Positions 23,351-35,770 of a stretch of 64,000 nt of DNA are shown piece after piece. Under the pieces are notes generated by a model, which saw only the letters and a program-made list of their open reading frames with translations, was not told the origin of the DNA and made no database searches. The position numbers were made by a program, and so were the translations under genes. How positions within the stretch are numbered: position 1 is the first letter of the stretch; every line of letters starts with the position of its first letter. This DNA comes from Mobula hypostoma (Eukaryota), in contig NC_086097.1 of assembly GCF_963921235.1 (NCBI RefSeq), positions 132,558,001-132,622,000 of the forward strand. Reading direction: 5' to 3'.

Positions 23351-26300
23351 AGACCATAAGACCATAAGATATAGGAGCAGAAGTAGGCTATTCGGCCCAG
23401 CGAGTCTGCTCTGCCATTCAATCATGGGCTAATCCTATTCTTCCAGTCATCCCCACTCCCCTGCCTTCACCCCATACCCTTTGATGCCCTGGCTAATCAA
23501 GAACCTATTTATCTCTGCCTTAAATACACCCAATGACTTGGACTCCACAGCTGCTTATGGCGACAAATTCCACAGATTTACCACCCTCTGACTAAAGTAA
23601 TTTCTCCACATGTCTGTTCTAAATGGACGTTCTTCAATCCTGAAGTTGTGCGCTCTTGTCCTAGAATCCCCTACCATGGGAAGTAACTTTGCCATATCTA
23701 ATCCGTTCAGGCCTTTTAACATTTGGAATGTTTCTATAAGATCCCCCCTCATTCTCCTTAACTCCAGGGAATACAGCCCAAGAGCTGCCAGATGTCCCTC
23801 ATACGGTAACCTTCTCATTCCTGGAATCATTCTTGTGAATCTTCTCTAAACCCTCTCCAATGTCAGTATATCTTTCTAAAATAAGGAGCCCAAAACTGCA
23901 CACAATACTCCGTGTGGTCTCACAAATGTCTTATAGAGCCTCAACATCACCTCTGCCCTTATATTCTATACCTCTAGAAATGAATGCCAACATCTCATTC
24001 GCCTTCTTCACAACTGACTCAACCTGAAGGTTAACCTTTAGGATATCTTGCACAAGGACTCCCAAGTCCCTTTGCATCTCTGCATTTTGAATTCTCTCCC
24101 CATCTAAATAATAGTCTGCCTGTTTATTTCTTCCACCTAAGTGCATGACCATGCACTTTCCAACATTGTATTTCATTTGCCACTTCTTTGCCCATTCCCC
24201 TGAACTATCTAAGTCTCTCTGCAGGCTCTCTGTTTCCTCAACACTACCCACTCCTTCACCTGTCTTTGTACCATCATCAAATTTAGCCACAAATCCATTA
24301 ATACTATAGTCCAAATCATTGACATACATTGTAAAAAGCAGTGGTCCCAACACCGATCCCTATGGAACTCCACTGGTAACCAACAGCCAGCCAGAATAGG
24401 ATCCCTTTATTCCAACTCTGTTTTCTGCCGAACAGCCAATGCTCCACCCATGCTAATAAATTCCGTGTAATTCCATGGGGTCTTAACTTGCTAAGCAGCC
24501 TCGTGCGGCACCTTGTCAAAGGCCTTCTGAAAATCTAAGTACATCACACTTACTACATCTCCTTTGTCTACCCTGCTTGTAATTTCCTTAAAGAATTGCA
24601 GTAGGTTTGTCAGACAGGATTTTCCTTTCAAGAAACCATGCTGGCTTTGGACTATCTTGTCATGTGCCTCTAGTTATTCCATAATCTCATCTCCAACAAT
24701 TGATTCCAACAACATCCCAACCACTGATGTCAGGCTAACAGGTCTATAGTTCCCTTTCTGCTGCCTTCCACCCTTCTTAAATAACGGAGTAACATTTCTA
24801 ATTTTCCAGTCATCCGGTACAATGCCAGAATCTATCGATTCTTGAAAAATCATTGTAAGTGCCTCCCCAATCTCTCCAGCTACTTTCTTCAGAACCCAAG
24901 GGTGCATTCCATCAGGTCCAGGAGATTTATCCACCCTCAGACCATTAAGCTTCCGGAGCACCTTCTCAGTCGTAACTTTCACTGCACAAACTTCACTTCC
25001 CCGACACTTTTGAGTGTCCGGTATACTGCAGACGTCTTCCACTGTGAAGACTGATGCAAAATACACATTCAGTTCCTCTGCCATCTCTGCATCTCTCATT
25101 ACAATATCTCCAGCGTCAATTTGTATTGGTCCTATATCTACCCTCGACTCTTTTTTACCTTTTTTATACTTAAAGCTTTTAGTATCTTCTTTGATATTAA
25201 TCACCAGCTTCTTTTCATAATTCATCTTTTCCTTCCTAATGAACTTCTTAGTTTCATTCTGCAAGTTTTTAAAAGCTTCCCAATCCTCTGTCTTCCCACT
25301 AGCTCTGGCTTCCTTGTATGTCCTCTCTTTTGCTTTTACTTTGGCTCTGACTTCACTTGTCAGCCACAGTCGTGTCCTTCTTCCCTTTGAAAATTTCTTC
25401 TTCTTTGGGATATATCTGTCTTGCACTTCCCTCATTTTTCGCAGAAACTCCAGCCATTGCTGCTCTGCTGTCTCTCCTGCAAATGTCCCTTTCCAATCAA
25501 CTTTGGCCAGTTTCCCCCTCATGCCATTGTAATTTCCTTTATTACACTGAAATACTGACACATTGGATTTTATTTTTTCTCTCTCAAATTTCAATGTGAA
25601 CTTGATCATATTGTGATCTCTGTTCCCTAAGGGTTCCTTAACCTTAAGCTCTCTTATCACCTCCAGATCATTGCACAACACCCAGTCCAGCATAGCCAAT
25701 TCCCTAGTGGGCTCAACAACAAGCTGTTCTAAAAATCCATCCCTTAGACATTCTACAAATTCTCTCTCTTGATATCCAGTACAGAACTGGTTTTCCCAAT
25801 CTATTTTCATGTTAAAATCCCCAACGATTATCATGACATTGCATTTCCGACACACCTTTTCTATCTCCTGCTGTAATTTGTAATCCACATTTTGACTGCT
25901 GTTTGGAGGCCTGTATACAACTGACATTAGGGTCCTTTTACCTTTGCCATTTCTTAACTCAACTTATAGAGACTCTACACCTTCTAATGCTATGTCATCT
26001 CTTTCCAATGATTTAATATTATTTCTTATACACAGAGCCACACCACCCCCTCTGCCTACTAACCTATATTTCCGAAACATCGTATATCCTTGGACTTTCA
26101 GCTCCCAATGGCAGCCATCCTTTAGCCAAGTTTTAGAGATGGCCACAACATCATATTTGCCAATCTGTAGCTGAATTTCAAGATCGTCCATTTTATTCCT
26201 TATGTTGCATGCATTCAAATATAACACTTTTAGTCCAGTATTTGTTGCTTTTTGTTTTAACTGCACCATGCCTCTATTGCCCTGTAACTCATCCCACTGG

Positions 26301-27030
26301 CTGTGATCAAGCCTCATCTCCTGCCTGTTCTTTCTATAATCTCTGTTGCACACCATCTTTGATTTATTTCTGTTTTTCCCTTCCTCAACCCTATCACTCC
26401 GGTTCCCATCCCCCTGCCAAATTAGTTTAAACCCTCCCTAACAGCTCTATTAAATGTGCCCGCTAGGATATTGGGTTCAGGTGTAAACCATCCTTTTTTT
26501 ACAGGTCATACCTCCTCCAGAAGAGGCCCCAGTGATCCAGGAATCTGAAGCCCTGCCCGCTACACCAGTCTCTCAGTCACACATTAATACACCTGATCAT
26601 GTTATTCTTGCACTCGCTAGCACGTGGCACAGGCAGCAATCCTGAGATTACTACCCTGGAGGTCCTGTTTTTCAGCTTCCTACCTAACTCCCTGAATTCT
26701 CTCTTCAGGACCTCCTCCCTTTTTCTACCTATATCATTGGTAGCAATGTATACCTTCAGAATACACTGCACCCGATCTGAGACATCCCACACCCAGGCAA
26801 CTGGGAGGCAACACACCAGGTGGGTATCTCTATCAGGCTGACAGAACCTCCCGTCTGTTGCCGTCACTATGGAATCCCCTGTGACTACCACATTCTTCAT
26901 CTTCCTCTTTCCCTTCTGCACCATGGAACCAGGCTCAGTGTCAGAGACCCAATAGCCGTGGTCGTCCTCTGTCGGGTCATCCCCCTTCATCAGCAACCAA
27001 AATGAGATAACCATCTCGTGATAACTGAAA
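23351..27030 (-). mobile_element. Near full-length CR1 LINE (ORF1 SGNH-esterase part + ORF2), disabled
   Basis: ORF1 26577-27095 (VTGDSIV, TNDIG, VVISGLLP); APE 25964-26356; ORF 24674-25927 (GDFN, KSPGPDG, NYRPVSL); RT 23931-24353; (TCTTATGG)n tail. Confidence 0.93.
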
Positions 27031-28239
27031 ACGAGGTAATGGAGTGGTGGGTGCCTTGAATATGCTGCCTGGGATTGTGGTACAGGCAGAAACAATAGAG
27101 ACTTTTAAGAGACATTTGGGTAGATATATCAATGTGAGGAAAATTAAAGGATATGGAAATTGTAGAGGCAGGAGAGATTATTTTAGTTCACCATTTAATT
27201 ACTAATTTAATTTGTTTGGTACAATATTCTGGGCTGAAGGGCCTTTTCCTATGTTGTTCTATGCTCTATGAGAGTTGCTAAGACTCAGAACCCCTGAGAA
27301 AAAGAGAATACCTGCCTTGTGGTCTTTTTAACTGGTGATATTTTTAATATTTAGGGATCCCTAGATCTGGATCATGGAGTTGAATCTTTAAGTATGTTCA
27401 ATAGCTTGTGAGCCGCAGGGGAGTCTGGTGTTATGGGCTAAAACCGTGATGTTTTGTATAACAGTATAGACTTGAGTGGTCGTATGGACAACCTTAGTTC
27501 ACCAAATTACTGTGTTGAAGTGGTTTTTCTGGGGATATTCTATATAGTCTGTGTACTATTGCTTCCTTATACTAAAAGTTTAAAGCTACACCACAATGAA
27601 GCATGAATCACACCTGCCAATGGCCTTCCTACATGAAGTTAGTTTACATTCGATGATTACAGATTCTCAGAAGGTGTGAGAACATTGTCACCTTGCCAAA
27701 GACCACCCCTCTCCATAAAGGGAAATGAACACCCAGCTGGTTAACAAGGTCAAGTGCTGGAAGATAGGGTCTTCACTGGGTGTCAATCCTTTCTGCAAAG
27801 AAGCAGCTGAAGGAATTGACATGTGTTTTGTAATCACACCAGCTGGCTTGGTTAGGATCTCCTGAGCTTGTTGTGAAGTGATTGTTTGTTCCATAGCCCA
27901 AAGGCAACATTTTGCAGCTAATTCCAGCCCTGTTGTACTTGCTTTCATGTAAAAGAAACAAGTCACATTAATTAAAATGAAATCGAGTTTCACAAAACTG
28001 AAACAGGAATTGATCTTGACAGCTTACCAATGAGTTCAGTTTTTGAGCCATCTTTCCAAGAGAGATGGGGATGGGTTTAATATACCTCCCCCAAATTTAA
28101 CAGTCAATCCTTCCCCCAGACATTTTAGAAATGGAAATGACTGGAAGTTTAGATAGTTAAAATAACTTGAGTTACTTGCTGACTGACTGCATGCCCTTCC
28201 TGTTCTGTTAACCTGCTCTTTAGCACAGGAGAGAAAAAC

Positions 28240-28410
28240 ATGCATTTTCACAGTATCTTCCACAACCTCAGGATGCGGGACAATACTTTCACAGCCGATG
28301 ATGTACACATGATGTGTGATCAACATTGTAAATAAGGAGGTATAGCATCAAGTTGGTACACAGTAAGATCCCAGCAACAATGTTAGAATAATTTGTAATC
28401 TAGTCATTGA
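28240..28410 (-). mobile_element. Deu-domain SINE 3' relic
   Basis: CACAACCTCAGGATG...TTTCACAGCCGATGA...CACAGTAAGATCCCA resembles the reverse complement of a SacSINE1-type tail. Confidence 0.5.
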
Positions 28411-29106
28411 CATCAGGAAGCAGGGTGGAATGTCTCTATATGTATCAATGGTGCTGAGGCAGAGATGGTTGAGAACTTCAAGCTCCGAGATATTAACATC
28501 ACCAATTCACTTGTGCTAGTCCAGCATGTAAACATCATGGCCAAGAAATTATACCAGCACCTCTACTTTCTCAGAAGGCTAACAAAATGTGACATGTCCC
28601 TATTGACCCTCATCAATTTTTAGAGAGGCATCATAGACAGAATCCTAGCAGATGCATCACAGCATGGTATGATAACTGCTCAGTCAAGGACCACAAGAAA
28701 TTGTGGAGAGCTGTAGGCACAGTTCAGTCGATCAGAAAAATCAGCTTTCCCACTATGGGCTCTGTTTACACTTCAAAATAATCAGATTCCACCCATTCCA
28801 AATATTCTCTCTTTGCCCTCTCTCATCAGGTTGAACATACAAATGCCTGAGAACATGCATCACCAAGTTCAAGGACACATTTTATTCTGCTGTTATAACA
28901 CTATTGAATGAATTTGTATGAAAAAGATGATTACTTGATCTTATAATCTACATCATCATGGCCTTGCAACTTATTGTCTGCCTGCGTTGTACTTTCTATG
29001 TAACTGTAACACTGCGTTTTTCATTCTAGAATTGTCTTTCCCTTGTGCTACATCAATGTGTGAAATAATCTGTATGGATGGCATAGAAAACTGTTTTCTA
29101 CAGTGT
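28410..29106 (+). mobile_element. Decayed Rex1-like LINE 3' part (last ~30 bp resume at 32651)
   Basis: INGAEAEMVENFKL and QHLYFLRRL remnants; 3' UTR ...TCGGTACATGTGA continues after the Penelope TSD. Confidence 0.7.
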
Positions 29107-29204
29107 AAACACAAGGAATTCTGAAGATGCTGGAAATTCAAGCAACACACATCAAAGTTGCTGGTGAACGCAGCGGGCCAGGCAGCATCTATAGGAAGAG
29201 GCAC

Positions 29205-29240
29205 AGTCAACGTTTCGGGCCGAGACCCTTCGTCAGGACT
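29205..29240 (-). ncRNA. Minimal type-I hammerhead ribozyme motif
   Basis: AGTC CTGACGA AGGGTCTCGGCCC GAAA CG TT GACT on the minus strand. Confidence 0.7.
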
Positions 29241-32200
29241 AACTGAAAAAAGAGCTAGTAAGACATTTGAGAGGGGGAGGGGAGATCCAAAATGATAGGA
29301 GAAGACAGGAGGGGAAGGGATGGAGCCAAGAGCCGGACAGGTGATTGGCAAAAGGTATATGAGAGGATCATGGGACAGAATGCCCAGGGAGAAAGAAAAG
29401 GGAGGGGGGGGGAAACCCAAAGGTTGGGCAAGGGGTATAGTGAGAGGGACAGAGGGAGAAAAATGAGAGAGAGAAAAAGAATGTGTGTATATAAATACAT
29501 AACAGATGGAGTACAAGGGGGAGGTGGGGCATTAGCGGAAGTTTGAGAAGTCAGTTTTCATGCCATCGGGTTGGAGGCTAACCAGATGGAATATAAGGTG
29601 TTGTTCCTCCAACCTGAGTGTGGCTTCATCTTTACAGTAGAGGAGGCCGTGGATAGACATGTCAGAATGGGAATGGGACGTGGAATTAAAATGTGTGGCC
29701 ACTGGGAGACCCTGCTTTCTCTGGCAGACAAAGCGTAGGTGTTCAGTGAAACGATTTCCTAGTCTGCGTCGGATCTCGCTGACATATAGAAGGCCACATT
29801 GGGAGCAACGGACGCAGTATATCACCCCAGCCGACTCACAGGTGAAGTGTCACCTCACCTGGAAGGACTGTCTGGGGCCCTGAATGGTGGTAAGGGAGGA
29901 AGTGTAAGGGCATGTGTAGCACTTGTTCCGCTTACAAGGATAAGTGCCAGGAGGGAGATCAGTGGGGAGGTATGGGGGGGACGAATGGACAAGAGAATCG
30001 CGTAGGGAGCGATCCCTGCGGAAAACAGAGAGGGGGGGAGGGAAAGATGTGCTTAGTGGTGGGATCCTGTTGGAGGTGGCGGAAGTTATGGAGAATGATA
30101 TGTTGGACCCGGAGGCTGGTGGGTGGCGGGAGGATGGAGTGAGAGCAGATGTGCGTGAAATGGGGGAGATGTGTTTGAGAGCAGAGTTGATGGTGGAGGA
30201 AGGGAAGCCCCTTTCTTTAAAAAAGGAGGACATCTCCCTCGTCCTGGAATGAAAAGCCTCATCCTGAGACCAGATGGGCGGAGACGGAGGAATTGTGAGA
30301 AGGGGATAGCATTTTTGCTAGAGACAGGGTGAGAAGAGGAATAGTCCAGATAGCTGTGAGAGTCAGTAGGCTTACAGTAGACATCAGTAGATAAGCTGTC
30401 TCCAGAGACAGAGACAGAAAGATCTAGAAAGGGTAAGGAGGTGTTGGAAATGGACCAGGTAAACTTGAGGGCAGGATGAAAGTTGGAGGCAAAGTTAATG
30501 AAGTCAACGAGCTCAGCATGCGTGCAGGAAGCAGCACCAATGCAGTCGTCGATGTAGCGAAGGAAAAGTGGGGGACAGATACCAGAATAGGTTTGGAACA
30601 TAGATTGTTCCACAAAGCCAACAAAAAGGCAGGCATAGCTAGGACCCATACGGGTGCCCATAGCTACACCTTTAGTTTGGAGGAAGTGGGAGGAGCCAAA
30701 GGAGAAATTATTAAGAGTAAGGACTAATTCCGCCAGACGGATGAGAGTGGTGGTAGAGGGGAACTGGTTAGGTCTGGAATCCAAAAAGAAGCGGAGAGCT
30801 TGGAGACCTTCCTGATGGGGGATGGAAGTATATAGGGACTGGACATCCATGGTGAAAATAAAGTGGTGGGGGCCAGGGAACTTAAAATCATCGAAAAGTT
30901 TAAGAGCGTGAGAAGTGTCACGAACATAGGTAGGAAGGGATTGAACAAGGGGGGATAAAACCGTGTTGAGGTATGCAGAAACGAGTTCGGTGGGGCAGGA
31001 GCAAGCTGAGACAATAGGTCAGCCAGGACAGGCAGGTTTGTGGATCTTGGGTAGGAGATAGAAACGGGAAGTGTGAGGTGTGGGAACTATAAGGTTGGTA
31101 GCAGTGGATGGGAGACCCCCAGAGCTGATAAAGTCGGTGATGGTGTGGGAGACAATGGCCTGGTGCTCCTTAGTGGGGTCACGATCGAGGGGCTGCTTCC
31201 TGCACACATGCTGAGCTCGTTGACTTCATTAACTTTGCCTCCAACTTTCACCCCCCTCAAGTTTACCTGGTCCATTTCCAATTCCTCCCTACCCTTTCTA
31301 GATCTTTCTGTCTCTACCTCTGGAGACAGCTTATCTACTGATGTCTACTATAAGCCTACTGACTCTCACAGCTATCTGGACTATTTCTCTTCTCACCCTG
31401 TCTCTTGCAAAAATGCCATCCCCTTCTCACAATTCCTCCGTCTCCGCCGCATCTGCTCTCAGGATGAGTCTTTTCATTCCAGGACGAGGGAGATGTCCTC
31501 CTTTTTAAAAGAAAGGGGCTTCCCTTTCTCCACCATCAACTCTGCTCTCAAACGCATCTCCCCCATTTCACGCACATCTGCTCTCACTCCATCCTCCTGC
31601 CACCCCACTAGCCTCCGGGTCCAACATATAATTCTCCGTAACTTCTGCCACTTCCAACGGGATCCCACCGCTAAGCACATCTTTCCCTCCCCCCCCCGCC
31701 CTGCTTTCCGCAGGGATCGCTCCCTACACGATTCCCTTGTCCATTCGTCCCCCCCCATACCTCCCCACTGATCTCCCTCCTGGCACTTATCCTTGTAAGC
31801 AGAACAAGTGCTACACATGCCCTTACACTTCCTCCCTTACCACCATTCAGGGCCCCAGACAGTCCTTCCGGGTGAGGAGACACTTCACGTGCGAGTCGGC
31901 TGGGGTGATATACTGCGTCCGTTGCTCCCGATGTGGCCTTCTATATATTGGCGAGACCCGACGCAGACTGGGAGACCGCTTTGCTGAACACCTACGCTCT
32001 GTCCGCCAGAGAAAGCAGGGTCTCCCAGTGGCCACACATTTTAATTCCACATCCCATTCCCATTCTGATATGTCTATCCACAGCCTCCTCTGCTGTAAAG
32101 ATGAAGCCACACTCAGGTTGGAGGAACAACACCTTATATTCCGTCTGGGTAGCCTCCAACCTGATGGCATGAACATTGACTTCTCTAACTTCCGCTAATG

Positions 32201-32409
32201 CCCCACCTCCCCCTCGTACTCCATCCGTTAGTTATTTATATACACACATTCTTTTTCTCTCTCTCGTTTTTCTCCCTCTGTCCCTCTCACTATACCCCTT
32301 GCCCATCCTCTGGGTTTTCCCCCCTCCCCCTTTTCTTTCTCCCTGGGCCTCCTGTCCCATGATCCTCTCATATACCTTTGCCAATCACCTGTCCAGCTCT
32401 TAGACTCCA

Positions 32410-32531
32410 TCCCTCCCCCTCCCCCTCCCCCTCCCCCTCCCCCTCCCCCTCCCCCTCCCCCTCCCCCTCCCCCTCCCCCTCCCCCTCCCCCTCCCCCTCC
32501 CCCTCCCCCTCCCCCTCCCCCTCCCCCTCCC
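32410..32531 (+). repeat. (CCCCCT)n microsatellite, ~20 units
   Basis: Perfect hexamer run within the Penelope 3' UTR. Confidence 0.95.
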
Positions 32532-32559
32532 AAATCTCTTACTAGCTCTTCTTTCAGTT

Positions 32560-32595
32560 AGTCCTGAAGAAGGGTCTCGGCCCGAAACGTCGACT
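32560..32595 (+). ncRNA. Minimal type-I hammerhead ribozyme motif
   Basis: AGTC CTGAAGA AGGGTCTCGGCCC GAAA CG TC GACT. Confidence 0.75.
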
Positions 32596-33319
32596 GTGCC
32601 TCTTCCTATAGATGCTGCCTGGCCTGCTGCATTCACCTTTTCTACAGTGTCTCGGTACATGTGAAAACAGTAATTTACAAAGGCCTCAGGGGTGGGGCTG
32701 GGATGATTTCATCACCTGGAAGGTGATATTCTAACTGGCCAATATCAAGATTGGTACCGACCCACCATGAAAACAGTCATTGTGTAGCTGCTGCTAGTGT
32801 GATTAAGATCTTGTTCTTGTCATCACAGCGTAGTCAACACCCCCTAGCCTTTGGTCAACTTAGTCGCCCTTTTAAGTAGCTCCATCTGAAGGATGAAGTT
32901 CTATTGCCTGGCAACAGCTGACATGTTTTAGATGCAGAGCCTCGTGCCTCATTACATCTGACCATTTTGCCCGTCCTGTCTATATACTAGCTTTAGTTGT
33001 CTAGATGTGTCACTTGCCATCTTTTCTGTCCCTGCACCTCCTCCCTAATTACATCTCTGCAATACTCTCTGAGGGAGTGTTCTCCATTCCTTAAGAAATT
33101 CCTGCTGGGTTTATTGAATTTTTGTGCGTTAAGTTACGTTCCAAGGTCCAATCCCCACCTAGCTGGATCCACTTGGATCCGGTGAAGAACTGAGACCACC
33201 CTAGGTAGCATGTATTTTTGGGCAGTAGCATAACAGGGCAGAAGAAAGAATGTGCCTCATATTGTGAGGTATGAGATTACAGGAATCCCAGATTTATTGT
33301 GACATCCATTGAACACTGG

Positions 33320-33720
33320 AACATAGAACGTATAACAATCCAGCACAGAAACATTGCCTTTGGTCCACGATGTCTATGCTAATAATGATATCAATTTAAG
33401 CTAATCCCACCTGCCTGCATATGGTTTATGTCACTCTATCCTCAGCCAATTCATGTGCTGATAACAATGCTTCTTAGACATTGCTGTTCTATCTGTTTCC
33501 ACCACTCCCTTTGGCAGCAACTACTACTCTCTGTAAAAGATTTGCCACGTAAATCTCCTTTAAACATTCCCCCTCTCACCTTAAACCTATGCTGTCTGGT
33601 ATTTAACATTTCCACCTTGCGATAAAGACTCTGACTAATTACCTTAACTGTACCACTCATAAATTTATATACGATTATCACATCTTTCATCAGCCTTCGA
33701 CATTCCAGGGAAAACAGTCC
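33320..33720 (-). mobile_element. CR1 3' fragment
   Basis: TRQHRFKVRGGMFKGDLRGKSFT on the minus strand; GAACATAGAA tail. Confidence 0.75.
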
Positions 33721-33839
33721 ATGTTTGATTGGTGAGTACCTTGTCTATCTTCATATTTAAAGTTCATTCAAGGCTGAAAACTTTAAGAACTTCATAAATT
33801 ATGTGGTTCTGGTGAAGAATTTCTTTATTAAGAGCAACA

Positions 33840-34372
33840 CATAAACACGGGAGATTCTGCAGATGCTGGAAGTCCGAGGCAACACACAAAATTCTGGAGG
33901 AACTCGGCAGGCCAGGCAGCATCAATGGAAAAGAGTAAACACTCAACATTTTGGGTTAAGACCCCTCATCAGAACTGGAAAAAAAGAAGAAAAGTTAAAG
34001 CAGGAAGGTGGGGGGGGGGTAGGGGAGGAAGAAGTACAAGATGGTAGATGATAGGTGAAACTGGGAGAGGAGAAGTGGTGAAGTTAAGAACTGGGAAGCT
34101 GCTAGGTTAAAAAGATAAAGGGCTGGAGAAAGGGGAATCTGATAGGGCAGGGTAGAAGACCATGGAAGAAAAGGAAGGGGAAGGGGCACCAGAGGGAGGT
34201 AATGGCCAGGTAAGGAGATGAGGTGAGAGAGGAAAATGGTAATGGTGAAGGGGTAGACCATTACCATGAGGATTATTGTATAAATCAGTGGATTTGTGAT
34301 AGATATCAGTAGGTAAACTTTCTCCAGAGATTAGAGACAGAGTTCGAGAAAGGGGAGGGAGGCAGTTCCTGC
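33840..34372 (-). mobile_element. Older, internally deleted Penelope-like copy
   Basis: Same terminal module, decayed hammerhead at ~33942-33976, and RT remnant (LPFLE..SGESLPTDIYHKSTD) at 34270-34372. Confidence 0.7.
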
Positions 34373-35419
34373 CTCAGCCTTTCTTCTCACCATGTTATAC
34401 TGGTTACCTCCCCTCTACACTCTCAGTCTTGACACTCTGTCCCAACACAAAATGTCAACTACGCGGTTCCTTACACAGATGCTGCCTGAGTTCCTGCAGC
34501 AGTCTTTTTTGTGTTCCAAATCCAATCTCCTGAATTTTTTTTAAGAACTTGCTGGATTTGTATCTCATTTAATTTTTGGTAGTACTAGTAGAATCATTAA
34601 GAGGGATGACTGCAGGCACATAAGAATGCCTGGTTCTGCAGGCTTCCCTGGAAGTCACATATCATCCTGACTCGGAAAGGAAAGTTCTCCATGATCACTG
34701 TTTGAATCACTAGTCTAGGTCCTGGAACTCCCTTCACAATAGCATTGTGGGAGCACTTTTACCAGATGGACTGCAGCAGCTCGATACCATTTTCCCCAGG
34801 GCAATTGGAGATGGGCAACAAAAGCTACCCTTTCCAGCAACTACCACGGCCTGAAATTGAAATATGTTTTTAATAAAAACCTCATTAAACTCAACCTTAA
34901 GAATTAATAATAAAAAAATGAAGCACATGTTTCTCTAAACGTGACAAATCTAAGTGCAGATCTAACAGTCAGCTTCAGTGAAGGTTTGATGAATTTTTGT
35001 TTATTTTTCTGCATTTCATAGATGCTTACTGTTTTTTTTACTTTATAACCAGGAAACTGATGAGCTTTTTCATGAATTATCTCATCTTCTAAAAAATGGT
35101 TTTTAGTTTTAAATTTTTTTGTTTCTATGTGTCTCTGATTATTGTTCATTTGGAAAGGTTGAAAGCATAATGGTGGGGGTGTGGAACCACTGTGAGGAGA
35201 TACAATAGACTGCAGACACAGCTTGAAACATCGACTGTCCTTCTCTCTCCATAGACGCTGCCTGGCCTGCTGAGTTCCTCCTGCGTTTTGTGTGTTGTTC
35301 CAGTTCCACTGCAACCCTAGATTCTTGAAGAACAACCACAGCAGCATAACTGCTAGTGCATTGGGAGTTCATCATATTTAACCTCTCCATGAGTGAAGTA
35401 AATTGCGAAAAGCATAAAA

Positions 35420-35770
35420 AATCCTGAGGGGTCATGGCAGGATAGTTGTCATGATATTTCCACTAATGGGAGAATCTCGAATGAGGGCACGTGGTCATAA
35501 GATTAGCGATGATCATTTAAAATTGAATGCATGGGAAATTTTTCATGGGAGTTTGTTGCCTTTCTGGAAATCTGTACCCCAGAGGGTTGAGGAGGCAAGA
35601 GACCTTGAGGTATTTAAAGAAGAAATAGATAATATTTTTGAAAAGTCTATTGAGTGCTATAGGAAATTGACTCAGATGAGGAAACAAGGGTTGGAGTAGT
35701 TCAACCATGAATAGTGGGGCAGGTTAGATGGGCTAAATGGCCAACTTGTGTTCCTATTTTCTTATGTACC
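35420..35770 (+). mobile_element. CR1 3' fragment
   Basis: IFPLMGESRMRARGHK...WKSVPQRVEEA; CR1 3' UTR. Confidence 0.7.

Larger units (their letters stand above)
21060..27270 (+). mobile_element. Decayed CR1 LINE ORF2 carrying three nested insertions
   Basis: IKENPKAFY, DVIYMD..AFD.VPHGRL and LESVQKRFAR remnants; broken at ~23350 and resumes at ~27042 (GAGTGGTGGGTGCC...) up to a TTCTATG tail. Confidence 0.85.
29107..32637. mobile_element. Penelope-like (Neptune-type) insertion with inverted duplicated arms (minus arm 29107-31192, plus arm 31192-32637)
   Basis: Minus arm has RT (FLRYIDD) and GIY-YIG; plus arm has RT end and GIY-YIG; 13-bp TSD TTTTCTACAGTGT at 29094-29106 and 32638-32650. Confidence 0.93.

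Noticed and set aside
31073..31771. 232-aa ORF, and likewise 18295-19002, as novel proteins
   Set aside because: They read through the palindrome junctions and are chimeras of antisense and sense Penelope sequence.
32228..32660. Poly-Gly and (GR)n ORFs
   Set aside because: They are translations of the (CCCCCT)n microsatellite.
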